A DNA stretch of 64,000 nt. Source: Auanema rhodensis. Taxonomy: Eukaryota > Animalia > Nematoda. This document shows positions 23,301 through 33,859 of the stretch, in pieces. The notes below the pieces were generated by a model. It was not told where the DNA came from. It saw only the letters and a list, made by a program, of their open reading frames with translations, and did not search any database. A program made the translations under genes and the position numbers. Location: NCBI GenBank assembly GCA_964057225.1, contig OZ059899.1, positions 11,160,001-11,224,000 on the forward strand, in the 5' to 3' direction. How positions within the stretch are numbered: position 1 is the first letter of the stretch; the number at the start of each line of letters is the position of its first letter.

Positions 23301-24976
23301 ACCCGATTGCGTTCGCTAGTAGAAAGTTGACTCCAGCGGAACGGAAATATCCTCCTATTGAAGTTGAAGCACTCGGTTTAGTCTTTGCTCTTCAACAATT
23401 CCGTACCTATGTATTAGGAGTACCTACCACAGTTATCACAGATCACCGACCATTAACCAGTTTAATGTCGCGTAAAGATCTCATAGGTAGATTAGCCAAG
23501 TATCAACTAATGATACAAGATTTCAACATAAAGATTGAATATCGTCCTGGCAAATTAAACAGTGTCTGTGATGCTCTCTCCAGGTATATAGGAAACGAAG
23601 CAAATGACAGTCGTCCTACTAAACCAAAGGACAAAGTAAACCCTGTTGATGCTTTTATTGCTCATATCACAACTATTTCTTCTATTGACCAACTAAATTG
23701 TGAAGAAATACGGAAAGTTCAAGCTGGAGTTCCCTGGATTCGCGAAGCACTTTCTCAAATTAATAATGATAACTGTCCGGCTAATATATCAGACCGGTAT
23801 GAAGAACGAGAAGGCATATTACATGCAAAACAAGCGAAAAATTATTTGAAACCATCTATTATTTTGCCTCGTAACGACAAAATAACTGATGTTGTTATCA
23901 AGTTTTTTCATGAAGATTCCAAAATTGGTGCACACCTAGGTATAAATAAAACTACTGATGCGATTCGACGACGATTCTTTTGGACTAATATGGTTCCACA
24001 AATAACTGAATTTATTAATCGTTGTACAAAATGTGCAAGTAGGAAATCTAACCCACACCAATCGTATATTCAACCTATGGGAAGATTTGTTATACCCGAA
24101 AAGCCATTTGATCGTATTCATGTAGATATACTAGGTCCTTTACCTCGCACTAATGATGGACATCGATACATCTTGAGTATTCAAGACGCTTTTAGTAAAT
24201 GGGGAACAACTTGCCCATTAATAACACAAACGGTTACTGAAATCACAAAAGCGTTTGTAATTAGATTTGTTTTCATATATGGACCACCAATGAGTATGAT
24301 AACCGATAATGGTAGTAGCTTTTTGTCATCTGAATTTCAAGCTATGTGTAAACAATTTGGAATTGAACACACTACTACGCTACCATATCATAAAAATGCT
24401 AATGGACAAGTGGAGAGACTTCATAGAACTTTAGAAGAAGCTCTCTCTTCATTCGTGAATGAACAACAAACTAACTGGGATATACACCTACCTAAAGTTA
24501 TGTTTGCGATCAATACGTTACCATACTCATCAACATCTATTAGTCCATATGTTGTATTATTTGGTCGGGATGCAAGACTTCCTATTGATCATCAATTGCC
24601 TGGAAATAATCTTCAAACTGAAGAACCAGCCAATCCTACAGAAGATTTTGTCAATAGATCGCTAATACAAAATGAAAGCACATCTAATATAGTAAAAGAT
24701 AGAATTGAAACATGCACAAAGAAGAATGAACAACGGTACAATACACGAAATAGAACACAAAATAAAGAAATTCAGGTTAATGACTTAGTTATGATAAAAG
24801 TGAATTCTACTCGAAACAAACTAACACCTTCATTCGAAGGGCCTTATTTAGTTACAGCAGTTCAAAGATCTTTCGTCGTGGTTCAAACAGATAAAGGAAA
24901 AAGCAGAAGAGTACACAAGGACTTCGTCAAACCTTACCAACGGACAACATCTATTCCGGTTATCACAATTTCTTGA
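17369..24976 (+). CDS. Gag-Env-Pol polyprotein (Gag, signal peptide, class III-like glycoprotein, TM, aspartic protease, RT, RNase H, integrase); true start uncertain
   Basis: Gag-like CPRYDG..F core; signal ~18515-18577; furin-type RRRNKR 19352-19369; TM ~21182-21244; LWDSGA (D at 21497); YLDD 22790-22801; IESDGS (RNase H); HHCC plus HVD/TDNG/ERLHR (integrase); GPY motif. Confidence 0.95.
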   Translation: MREEGDSSSSSHSSSLTIRTRSKSRKAITEETPRAPTTVRNRSPSRWAAAITKAFERKMTPTSPSPNSNVAPPSRNMATILNCHLCPRYDGSRSFRSFVESLNRIFNVMNLSLPERLLILPLLLESNETALSLYNSIPSGIRTNGPWIVLMDQLTELLAPKTDKNFTIALIHRIQQGDKSVLDFSMELERMASTIMSPMDPEREPMLKTAFLNGLKEELGIAVLTKNPATYEQAKKLARFEEGVRNSFMKRNEDTSTLKELINALQHKLSFSEERERSRNNNNNKNYKNNKNNKKNNNWTQHNNGSNDYERERERPSAVRYNNNNSQNGNMNRRPNPGNRPFANGRNANSSSWNPRPSSPRRQRPSANGNGNSRVYSVATPFMPPVTLCLTLLALSCLPFGSAKYQICAQSEGGILVTPPVVTGCHKAEIEKAHSVEVEIYLPKAEIESWEAWKCYVKKYKSCVRDFMFLRDRNTTFSHIETVDKKDCVRAHRNRMWNDKIMNAQQHSVFETPLNEHNPTRSWSTEECVEIEQFVLKRGIITRLKEDHIVSDLFINTDNCKGNEGFCATGEGAVIWQPPIPSVVCHYQKLGPFSAMLGDHILLVHSIESAFVLQNHSTSAHVQSCFEFAVFESSSEAIIRFTAYPRVYNLLDLSNTLLNADRRRNKRNALPQKHRSFSDDYLFVNAKSQPYAFPFLRPTFIFGSASITKFYAKYMRYAATSSYESLLQFAIDNPLFIDTIVSLGLTKDHITNWAKSNNFKDPNLLILQCMGIEEIKLATRQVINSMKLDDLITQVARRIEVPRLKRSLMKSTTSIEDFFRGMAHAVVYQATILDGTQTVPSIEQLARALYPSILPRSGNMNQSEIIATAQGMLFMIRQQSGKEQISRDMQVSRQQKADATVRNNQEQDLAIISKLPDYHNLYTKNSTAYYGFPPQSIEYPQENPKFNKTEVLEFISWVKTQITTDKNMVQHTTVTPITATKTTIRSLTTPTPNAYERGRELYVAEVYDNVLHKSELKTKTIIDNKLNYGFEKARLSIIDEFHQQFHTICKSQMETVKSWQAILRIHPTIGVRAMLQRDDIVARFVGRNVLKITTCQEIEPHFIYRNHSYNDKCYAETPVLTHDKQLFFAPIDSYDLSTEGHEINCEHKETEIWYENGTWRDYKGDTHKVDSIHSEKHDHYAELSKLRFTGRNLFENSTEKSLALSIGLTYGYSLSTSPHHDLLRVISRSRDWPQISSFIFKGSKLIRDARKIVFSNWDLFIDFCIGSIERTLITIGCITLILCLMIALYFTIKCYLSPTSMLKINHIMLSPTAPPLEGDEIHETVSDELMRSYFPTIITYIPLAIPFVCHTTTKKNGHMLPFVHIDIEGRGLLALWDSGATVSYIPFSTLAYIGRQYFTKYSKSASTANGSEFRFVGKCKLDVGIAGYQVEHEFLISEDNDCPGQMLLGTDFMRTLEEREIFTTSKLCKGKLIVGNMETPLVKPGCFAYKTTTKTVNIISLSTVTVPPHSTSHISLQTGPELDFDQYALLKSSTGPISIPDAAIGPFPITMVVSNNSSKPIKINKNDHIGSGLIASKEIMNDYVPPEADWEDKLPTFPQHLLDDLNFNSCTLSHKMKKNLITIIKENQTAFFNHDHNIGLFCGPVEHAIPIRSDMDFPKSRSYRVPLGKQEEVERQVKEMLSQGIIENSTATFTSPVVLVKKKDNSFRFVTDFRALNSVTKKQTYSIPHIPDIIDLAAGAQFFSNFDLISGFFQIPLKRSDRYLTAFTTPSGTYQYCRMPMGLCGAPHTFQSAVRYLQSLVRCKLFVYLDDLLIISNSAEEHLRDIQEVLKKVTELGLKIKLSKCCFAATEVKFLGFIIGRNGVKPDPAKIQAVSEFPNPSTVTAVRSFLGMTNYFRRFIQNYAGIAEPLYKLTHKDTPFEWKSEHADAFKTLKTLLCTAPVLKPPKADQPFVIESDGSMIAVGAVLLQSAEKNSPLHPIAFASRKLTPAERKYPPIEVEALGLVFALQQFRTYVLGVPTTVITDHRPLTSLMSRKDLIGRLAKYQLMIQDFNIKIEYRPGKLNSVCDALSRYIGNEANDSRPTKPKDKVNPVDAFIAHITTISSIDQLNCEEIRKVQAGVPWIREALSQINNDNCPANISDRYEEREGILHAKQAKNYLKPSIILPRNDKITDVVIKFFHEDSKIGAHLGINKTTDAIRRRFFWTNMVPQITEFINRCTKCASRKSNPHQSYIQPMGRFVIPEKPFDRIHVDILGPLPRTNDGHRYILSIQDAFSKWGTTCPLITQTVTEITKAFVIRFVFIYGPPMSMITDNGSSFLSSEFQAMCKQFGIEHTTTLPYHKNANGQVERLHRTLEEALSSFVNEQQTNWDIHLPKVMFAINTLPYSSTSISPYVVLFGRDARLPIDHQLPGNNLQTEEPANPTEDFVNRSLIQNESTSNIVKDRIETCTKKNEQRYNTRNRTQNKEIQVNDLVMIKVNSTRNKLTPSFEGPYLVTAVQRSFVVVQTDKGKSRRVHKDFVKPYQRTTSIPVITIS

Positions 24977-25565
24977 AGGTAGTTTTTTTTTAACAAAATC
25001 AAATTGTTGAAATTTTTTTTATTTTATTTTGTGCCATTTCTGATTGTACCACTTCTTTGTTGTTGATTGATTTTCTCTGAGAAGTCTGCTATTGTTTTAC
25101 AAAAGTTTGTTTTATTACTCCAACTCTCATTGAGTAGATTTTTTTTCAACATTCTCTTGTGAATCTTGCTATTTTTTATGCTTAATCATTACTTGTATTC
25201 ACCTTATGGACATTAGTCATACGGGTTAAACGAGTTTTCATTTTTTTGTACAGAACGGGCTCGACCTATTCTCAGGGTAACACCGTACCTGTACAACTCG
25301 AGAAAATGAACAACTATATCACAGTCGAATGGTTTAGAAGCAAAGCTCTCGTTTGCAAGCATTTCACTACTCAAGTGAATGGAATAGAATCTACTCGATA
25401 CTACATTTCGAATTCAACAAACTTGAAGAGACAATAGCTAAACTTTCAAATCGTATTGTATACACTTTTTTTTTATCCACTACACCATGATTTTTTTCCA
25501 ACACCCAACTATCTTAAAAAGTGAATTAATTTATTTTGTTTTTGAACGAGGACGTTCAACTTTTT

Positions 25566-25577
25566 AAGGTGGGGGGA
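25566..25577 (+). promoter_or_regulatory. Polypurine tract of element B
   Basis: AAGGTGGGGGGA directly before the 3' LTR. Confidence 0.85.
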
Positions 25578-25958
25578 TGTCACATCTGCAAGCACATGGT
25601 AAACATGTGCGCGCTATTCAAATAGCGGGAGCCTGAACAAGCCCCGCCCACAACATGGGACACACATGGCACTCTTGCTTCTGGCCTAACCCAGATAGGT
25701 TGTCTTATAGCCATGTGAGTCTCATCTCTATATCATCTATATATATACTCTATTTAATACTTTTTTAGATCTCTTTATAATCTTTCTTAATGTAATTCTT
25801 ATATTGTATTTTCTTGTTATCTGATAATGAATCCTTTTCTCTTTAAGTATTTGTCTTAATAAGGAAATCGGGGCGTTCGGGTCTGCCTACCTAAGGAACA
25901 AGGTAGAAGTACATATATCTTCCGACCATGAAAAGACGGGAAGAAACAATATGTAACG
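25578..25958 (+). repeat. 3' LTR of element B
   Basis: No difference from the 5' LTR seen by eye. Confidence 0.97.
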
Positions 25959-26448
25959 CATTGATAAAATAGAAACTGAGAAAAAAACATCAACAAATGA
26001 CACTATTAACTTGGTTTTTTGAACAGCATTTTTATATTTCTTTTTTCACTATGAGAGAACTTATATTTATTGCTTTTTCAAAATTTTCCATTTTTAACAT
26101 TATACATCTTGACTATCACACATTGAGAACAACAGTTGGCAATATTGGTTGTCACGTCATATTTCATGCAGTTAGATTTTCAGACACATTAATACCTTTG
26201 ACCATTCTTCTTATGAGTTTTGTAACGATAGATCGTAATAGGAAATGAATTGGTATAATATGAAAAAATACAAGACATAGTCAAGATTGATTTCCCCAAA
26301 TAGTATCATGTTTGCTTGTTATTCAATTAGAACACTTATTTTTTGATTGTTTTCTTGAAATATTCTTTTTTTTTCTTTAACAAAGTTATGACTGAGATCA
26401 AAATTTGAACTTACTTTTGAACAATTAAACAGAAATTTAAAAAATATT

Positions 26449-26522
26449 TGCCGCCAGCAGGGGTCGACCCTGCGACCTTGGGCTTATTAGACCCACGCTC
26501 TAACCGACTGAGCTATGGCGGC
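26449..26522 (-). tRNA. tRNA-Ile (AAT), T54G B-box variant
   Basis: A>C (plus) at 26468. Confidence 0.75.
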
Positions 26523-27115
26523 TACGAAAGTACGAAATAACAAAGCGCTGATTATAGGAAACGTGAATGAATGCAGATATTCTCAATTCCGATTCATTAA
26601 CTAGATCGTGGTCAGCATTTTACAACATTGATAAAATAGAAACTGAGAAAAAAACATCAACAAATGACACTATTAACTTGGTTTTTTGAACAGCATTTTT
26701 ATATTTCTTTTTTCACTATGAGAGAACTTATATTTATTGCTTTTTCAAAATTTTCCATTTTTAACATTATACATCTTGACTATCACACATTGAGAACAAC
26801 AGTTGGCAATATTGGTTGTCACGTCATATTTCATGCAGTTAGATTTTCAGACACATTAATACCTTTGACCATTCTTCTTATGAGTTTTGTAACGATAGAT
26901 CGTAATAGGAAATGAATTGGTATAATATGAAAAAATACAAGACATAGTCAAGATTGATTTCCCCAAATAGTATCATGTTTGCTTGTTATTCAATTAGAAC
27001 ACTTATTTTTTGATTGTTTTCTTGAAATATTCTTTTTTTTTCTTTAACAAAGTTATGACTGAGATCAAAATTTGAACTTACTTTTGAACAATTAAACAGA
27101 AATTTAAAAAATATT

Positions 27116-27189
27116 TGCCGCCAGCAGGGGTCGAACCTGCGACCTTGGGCTTATTAGACCCACGCTCTAACCGACTGAGCTATGGCGGC
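27116..27189 (-). tRNA. tRNA-Ile (AAT)
   Basis: Consensus copy. Confidence 0.95.
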
Positions 27190-27782
27190 TACGAAAGTAC
27201 GAAATAACAAAGCGCTGATTATAGGAAACGTAAATGAATGCAGATATTCTCAATTCCGATTCATTAACTACATCGTGGTCAGCATTTTACAACATTGATA
27301 AAATAGAAACTGAGAAAAAAACATCAACAAATGACACTATTAACTTGGTTTTTTGAACAGCTTTTTTATATTTCTTTTTTCACTATGAGAGAACTTATAT
27401 TTATTGCTTTTTCAAAATTTTCCATTTTTAACATAATACATCTTGACTATCACACATTGAGAACAACAGTTGGCAATGTTGGTTGTCACGTCATATTTCA
27501 TGCAGTTAGATTTTCAGACACATTAATACCTTTGACCATTCTTCTTATGAGTTTTGTAACGATAGATCGTAATAGGAAATGAATTGGTATAATATGAAAA
27601 AATACAAGACATAGTCAACATTGATTTCCCCAAATAGTATCATGTTTGCTTGTTATTCAATTAGAACACTTATTTTTTGATTGTTTTCTTAAAATATTCT
27701 ATTTTTTTCTTTAACAAAGTTATGACTGAGATCAAAATTTGAACTTACTTTTGAACAATTAAACAGAAATTTAAAAAATATT

Positions 27783-27856
27783 TGCCGCCAGCAGGGGTCG
27801 AACCTGCGACCTTGGGCTTATTAGACCCACGCTCTAACCGACTGAGCTATGGCGGC
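27783..27856 (-). tRNA. tRNA-Ile (AAT)
   Basis: Consensus copy. Confidence 0.95.
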
Positions 27857-28449
27857 TACGAAAGTACGAAATAACAAAGCGCTGATTATAGGAAACGTGA
27901 ATGAATGCAGATATTCTCAATTCCGATTCATTAACTAGATCGTGGTCAGCATTTTACAACATTGATAAAATAGAAACTGAGAAAAAAACATCAACAAATG
28001 ACACTATTAACTTGGTTTTTTGAACAGCTTTTTTATATTTCTTTTTTCACTATGAAAGAACTTATATTTATTGCTTTTTCAAAATTTTCCATTTTTAACA
28101 TTATACATCTTGACTATCACACATTGAGAACAACAGTTGGCAATGTTGGTTGTCACGTCATATTTCATGCAGTTAGATTTTCAGACACATTAATACCTTT
28201 GACCATTCTTCTTATGAGTTTTGTAACGATAATTCGTAATAGGAAATGAATTGGTATAATATGAAAAAATACAAGACATAGTCAACATTGATTTCCCCAA
28301 ATAGTATCATGTTTGCTTGTTATTCAATTAGAACACTTAGTTTTTGATTGTTTTCTTGAAATATTCTTTTTTTTTCTTTAACAAAGTTATGACTGAGATC
28401 AAAATTTGAACTTACTTTTGAACAATTAAACAGAAATTTAAAAAATATT

Positions 28450-28523
28450 TGCCGCCAGCAGGGGTCGAACCTGCGACCTTGGGCTTATTAGACCCACGCT
28501 CTAACCGACTGAGCTATGGCGGC
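28450..28523 (-). tRNA. tRNA-Ile (AAT)
   Basis: Consensus copy. Confidence 0.95.
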
Positions 28524-29116
28524 TACGAAAGTACGAAATAACAAAGCGCTGATTATAGGAAACGTGAATGAATGCAGATATTCTCAATTCCGATTCATTA
28601 ACTAGATCGTGGTCAGCATTTTACAACATTGATAAAATAGAAACTGAGAAAAAAACATCAACAAATGACACTATTAACTTGGTTTTTTGAACAGCATTTT
28701 TATATTTCTTTTTTCACTCTGAGAGAACTTATATTCATTGATTTTTCAAAATTTTCCATTTTTAACATTATACATCTTGACTATCACACATTGAGAACAA
28801 CAGTTGGCAATATTGGTTGTCACGTCATATTTCATGCACTTAGATTTTCAGACACATTAATACCTTTGACCATTCTTCTTATGAGTTTTGTAACGATAGA
28901 TCGTAATAGGAAATGAATTGCTATCATATGAAAAAATACAAGACATAGTCAACATTGATTTCCGAAAATAGTATCATGTTTGCTTGTTATTTAATTAGAA
29001 CACTTATTTTTTCATTGTTTTCTTGAAATATTCTTTTTTTTTCTTTAACAAAGTTATGACTGAGATCAAAATTTGAACTTACTTTTGAACAATTAAACAG
29101 AAATTTAAAAAATATT

Positions 29117-29190
29117 TGCCGCAAGCAGGGGTCGAACCTGCGACCTTGGGCTTATTAGACCCACGCTCTAACCGACTGAGCTATGGCGGC
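29117..29190 (-). tRNA. tRNA-Ile (AAT), acceptor-stem G67T variant
   Basis: Plus strand TGCCGCAAGC. Confidence 0.88.
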
Positions 29191-29783
29191 TACGAAAGTA
29201 CGAAATAACAAAGCGCTGATTATAGGAAACGTGAATGAATGCAGATATTCTCAATTCCGATTCATTAACTAGATCGTGGTCAGCATTTTACAACATTGAT
29301 AAAATAGAAACTGAGAAAAAAACATCAACAAATGACACTATTAACTTGGTTTTTTGAACAGCATTTTTATATTTCTTTTTTCACTATGAGAGAACTTATA
29401 TTTATTGCTTTTTCAAAATTTTCCATTTTTAACATTATACATCTTGACTATCACACATTGAGAACAACAGTTGGCAATATTGGTTGTCACGTCATATTTC
29501 ATGCAGTTAGATTTTCAGACACATTAATACCTTTGACCATTCTTCTTATGAGTTTTGTAACGATAGATCGTAATAGGAAATGAATTGGTATAATATGAAA
29601 AAATACAAGACATAGTCAACATTGATTTCCCCAAATAGTATCATGTTTGCTTGTTATTCAATTAGAACACTTATTTTTTGATTGTTTTCTTGAAATATTC
29701 TTTTTTTTTCTTTAACAAAGTTATGACTGAGATCAAAATTTGAACTTACTTTTGAACAATTAAAGAGAAATTTAAAAAATATT

Positions 29784-29857
29784 TGCCGCCAGCAGGGGTC
29801 GAACCTGCGACCTTGGGCTTATTAGACCCACGCTCTAACCGACTGAGCTATGGCGGC
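29784..29857 (-). tRNA. tRNA-Ile (AAT)
   Basis: Consensus copy. Confidence 0.95.
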
Positions 29858-30450
29858 TACGAAAGTACGAAATAACAAAGCGCTGATTATAGGAAACGTG
29901 AATGAATGCAGATATTCTCAATTCCGATTCATTAACTAGATCGTGGTCAGCATTTTACAACATTGATAAAATAGAAACTGAGAAAAAAACATCAACAAAT
30001 GACACTATTAACTTGGTTTTTTGAACAGCTTTTTTATATTTCTTTTTTCACTATGAGAGAACTTATATTTATTGCTTTTTCAAAATTTTCCATTTTTAAC
30101 ATTATACATCTTGACTATCACACATTGAGAACAACAGTTGGCAATGTTGGTTGTCACGTCATATTTCATGCAGTTAGATTTTCAGACACATTAATACCTT
30201 TGACCATTCTTCTTATGAGTTTTGTAACGATAATTCGTAATAGGAAATGAATTGGTATAATATGAAAAAATACAAGACATAGTCAACATTGATTTCCCCA
30301 AATAGTATCATGTTTGCTTGTTATTCAATTAGAACACTTATTTTTTGATTGTTTTCTTGAAATATTCTTTTTTTTTCTTTAACAAAGTTATGACTGAGAT
30401 CAAAATTTGAACTTACTTTTGAACAATTAAACAGAAATTTAAAAAATATT

Positions 30451-30524
30451 TGCCGCCAGCAGGGGTCGAACCTGCGACCTTGGGCTTATTAGACCCACGC
30501 TCTAACCGACTGAGCTATGGCGGC
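30451..30524 (-). tRNA. tRNA-Ile (AAT)
   Basis: Consensus copy. Confidence 0.95.
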
Positions 30525-31117
30525 TACCAAAGTACGAAATAACAAAGCGCTGATTATAGGAAACGTGAATGAATGCAGATATTCTCAATTCCGATTCATT
30601 AACTAGATCGTGGTCAGCATTTTACAACATTGATAAAATAGAAACTGAGAAAAAAACATCAACAAATGACACTATTAACTTGGTTTTTTGAACAGCATTT
30701 TTATATTTCTTTTTTCACTCTGAGAGAACTTATATTCATTGATTTTTCAAAATTTTCCATTTTTAACATTATACATCTTGACTATCACACATTGAGAACA
30801 ACAGTTGGCAATATTGGTTGTCACGTCATATTTCATGCAGTTAGATTTTCAGACACATTAATACCTTTGACCATTCTTCTTATGAGTTTTGTAACGATAG
30901 ATCGTAATAGGAAATGAATTGCTATCATATGAAAAAATACAAGACATAGTCAACATTGATTTCCGAAAATAGTATCATGTTTGCTTGTTATTTAATTAGA
31001 ACACTTATTTTTTCATTGTTTTCTTGAAATATTCTTTTTTTTTCTTTAACAAAGTTATGACTGAGATCAAAATTTGAACTTACTTTTGAACAATTAAACA
31101 GAAATTTAAAAAATATT

Positions 31118-31191
31118 TGCCGCAAGCAGGGGTCGAACCTGCGACCTTGGGCTTATTAGACCCACGCTCTAACCGACTGAGCTATGGCGGC
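31118..31191 (-). tRNA. tRNA-Ile (AAT), acceptor-stem G67T variant
   Basis: Plus strand TGCCGCAAGC. Confidence 0.88.
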
Positions 31192-31784
31192 TACGAAAGT
31201 ACGAAATAACAAAGCGCTGATTATAGGAAACGTGAATGAATGCAGATATTCTCAATTCCGATTCATTAACTAGATCGTGGTCAGCATTTTACAACATTGA
31301 TAAAATAGAAACTGAGAAAAAAACATCAACAAATGACACTATTAACTTGGTTTTTTGAACAGCATTTTTATATTTCTTTTTTCACTATGAGAGAACTTAT
31401 ATTTATTGCTTTTTCAAAATTTTCCATTTTTAACATTATACATCTTGACTATCACACATTGAGAACAACAGTTGGCAATATTGGTTGTCACGTCATATTT
31501 CATGCAGTTAGATTTTCAGACACATTAATACCTTTGACCATTCTTCTTATGAGTTTTGTAACGATAGATCGTAATAGGAAATGAATTGGTATAATATGAA
31601 AAAATACAAGACATAGTCAACATTGATTTCCCCAAATAGTATCATGTTTGCTTGTTATTCAATTAGAACACTTATTTTTTGATTGTTTTCTTGAAATATT
31701 CTTTTTTTTTCTTTAACAAAGTTATGACTGAGATCAAAATTTGAACTTACTTTTGAACAATTAAAGAGAAATTTAAAAAATATT

Positions 31785-31858
31785 TGCCGCCAGCAGGGGT
31801 CGAACCTGCGACCTTGGGCTTATTAGACCCACGCTCTAACCGACTGAGCTATGGCGGC
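31785..31858 (-). tRNA. tRNA-Ile (AAT)
   Basis: Consensus copy. Confidence 0.95.
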
Positions 31859-32451
31859 TACGAAAGTACGAAATAACAAAGCGCTGATTATAGGAAACGT
31901 GAATGAATGCAGATATTCTCAATTCCGATTCATTAACTAGATCGTGGTCAGCATTTTACAACATTGATAAAATAGAAACTGAGAAAAAAACATCAACAAA
32001 TGACACTATTAACTTGGTTTTTTGAACAGCTTTTTTATATTTCTTTTTTCACTATGAGAGAACTTATATTTATTGCTTTTTCAAAATTTTCCATTTTTAA
32101 CATTATACATCTTGACTATCACACATTGAGAACAACAGTTGGCAATGTTGGTTGTCACGTCATATTTCATGCAGTTAGATTTTCAGACACATTAATACCT
32201 TTGACCATTCTTCTTATGAGTTTTGTAACGATAATTCGTAATAGGAAATGAATTGGTATAATATGAAAAAATACAAGACATAGTCAACATTGATTTCCCC
32301 AAATAGTATCATGTTTGCTTGTTATTCAATTAGAACACTTATTTTTTGATTGTTTTCTTGAAATATTCTTTTTTTTTCTTTAACAAAGTTATGACTGAGA
32401 TCAAAATTTGAACTTACTTTTGAACAATTAAACAGAAATTTAAAAAATATT

Positions 32452-32525
32452 TGCCGCAAGCAGGGGTCGAACCTGCGACCTTGGGCTTATTAGACCCACG
32501 CTCTAACCGACTGAGCTATGGCGGC
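32452..32525 (-). tRNA. tRNA-Ile (AAT), acceptor-stem G67T variant
   Basis: Plus strand TGCCGCAAGC. Confidence 0.88.
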
Positions 32526-33118
32526 TACGAAAGTACGAAATAACAAAGCGCTGATTATAGGAAACGTGAATGAATGCAGATATTCTCAATTCCGATTCAT
32601 TAACTAGATCGTGGTCAGCATTTTACAACATTGATAAAATAGAAACTGAGAAAAAAACATCAACAAATGACACTATTAACTTGGTTTTTTGAACAGCATT
32701 TTTATATTTCTTTTTTCACTATGAGAGAACTTATATTTATTGCTTTTTCAAAATTTTCCATTTTTAACATTATACATCTTGACTATCACACATTGAGAAC
32801 AACAGTTGGCAATATTGGTTGTCACGTCATATTTCATGCAGTTAGATTTTCAGACACATTAATACCTTTGACCATTCTTCTTATGAGTTTTGTAACGATA
32901 GATCGTAATAGGAAATGAATTGGTATAATATGAAAAAATACAAGACATAGTCAACATTGATTTCCCCAAATAGTATCATGTTTGCTTGTTATTCAATTAG
33001 AACACTTATTTTTTGATTGTTTTCTTGAAATATTCTTTTTTTTTCTTTAACAAAGTTATGACTGAGATCAAAATTTGAACTTACTTTTGAACAATTAAAG
33101 AGAAATTTAAAAAATATT

Positions 33119-33192
33119 TGCCGCCAGCAGGGGTCGAACCTGCGACCTTGGGCTTATTAGACCCACGCTCTAACCGACTGAGCTATGGCGGC
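33119..33192 (-). tRNA. tRNA-Ile (AAT)
   Basis: Consensus copy. Confidence 0.95.
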
Positions 33193-33785
33193 TACGAAAG
33201 TACGAAATAACAAAGCGCTGATTATAGGAAACGTGAATGAATGCAGATATTCTCAATTCCGATTCATTAACTAGATCGTGGTCAGCATTTTACAACATTG
33301 ATAAAATAGAAACTGAGAAAAAAACATCAACAAATGACACTATTAACTTGGTTTTTTGAACAGCTTTTTTATATTTCTTTTTTCACTATGAGAGAACTTA
33401 TATTTATTGCTTTTTCAAAATTTTCCATTTTTAACATTATACATCTTGACTATCACACATTGAGAACAACAGTTGGCAATGTTGGTTGTCACGTCATATT
33501 TCATGCAGTTAGATTTTCAGACACATTAATACCTTTGACCATTCTTCTTATGAGTTTTGTAACGATAATTCGTAATAGGAAATGAATTGGTATAATATGA
33601 AAAAATACAAGACATAGTCAACATTGATTTCCCCAAATAGTATCATGTTTGCTTGTTATTCAATTAGAACACTTATTTTTTGATTGTTTTCTTGAAATAT
33701 TCTTTTTTTTTCTTTAACAAAGTTATGACTGAGATCAAAATTTGAACTTACTTTTGAACAATTAAACAGAAATTTAAAAAATATT

Positions 33786-33859
33786 TGCCGCCAGCAGGGG
33801 TCGAACCTGCGACCTTGGGCTTATTAGACCCACGCTCTAACCGACTGAGCTATGGCGGC
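33786..33859 (-). tRNA. tRNA-Ile (AAT)
   Basis: Consensus copy. Confidence 0.95.

Larger units (their letters stand above)
15836..25958 (+). mobile_element. Element B: complete Ty3/gypsy-type gag-env-pol LTR retrotransposon (10,123 bp), 4-bp TSD CATT
   Basis: Two 381-bp LTRs, PBS, PPT and a 2535-codon ORF; CATT at 15832-15835 and 25959-25962; removing the element restores the array unit. Confidence 0.98.

Noticed and set aside
24700-24976. Chromodomain or a separate downstream env after integrase
   Set aside because: Integrase ends soon after the GPY/F module (D adds only an acidic tail), and the 0.6-0.7 kb 3' UTRs contain no substantial ORF
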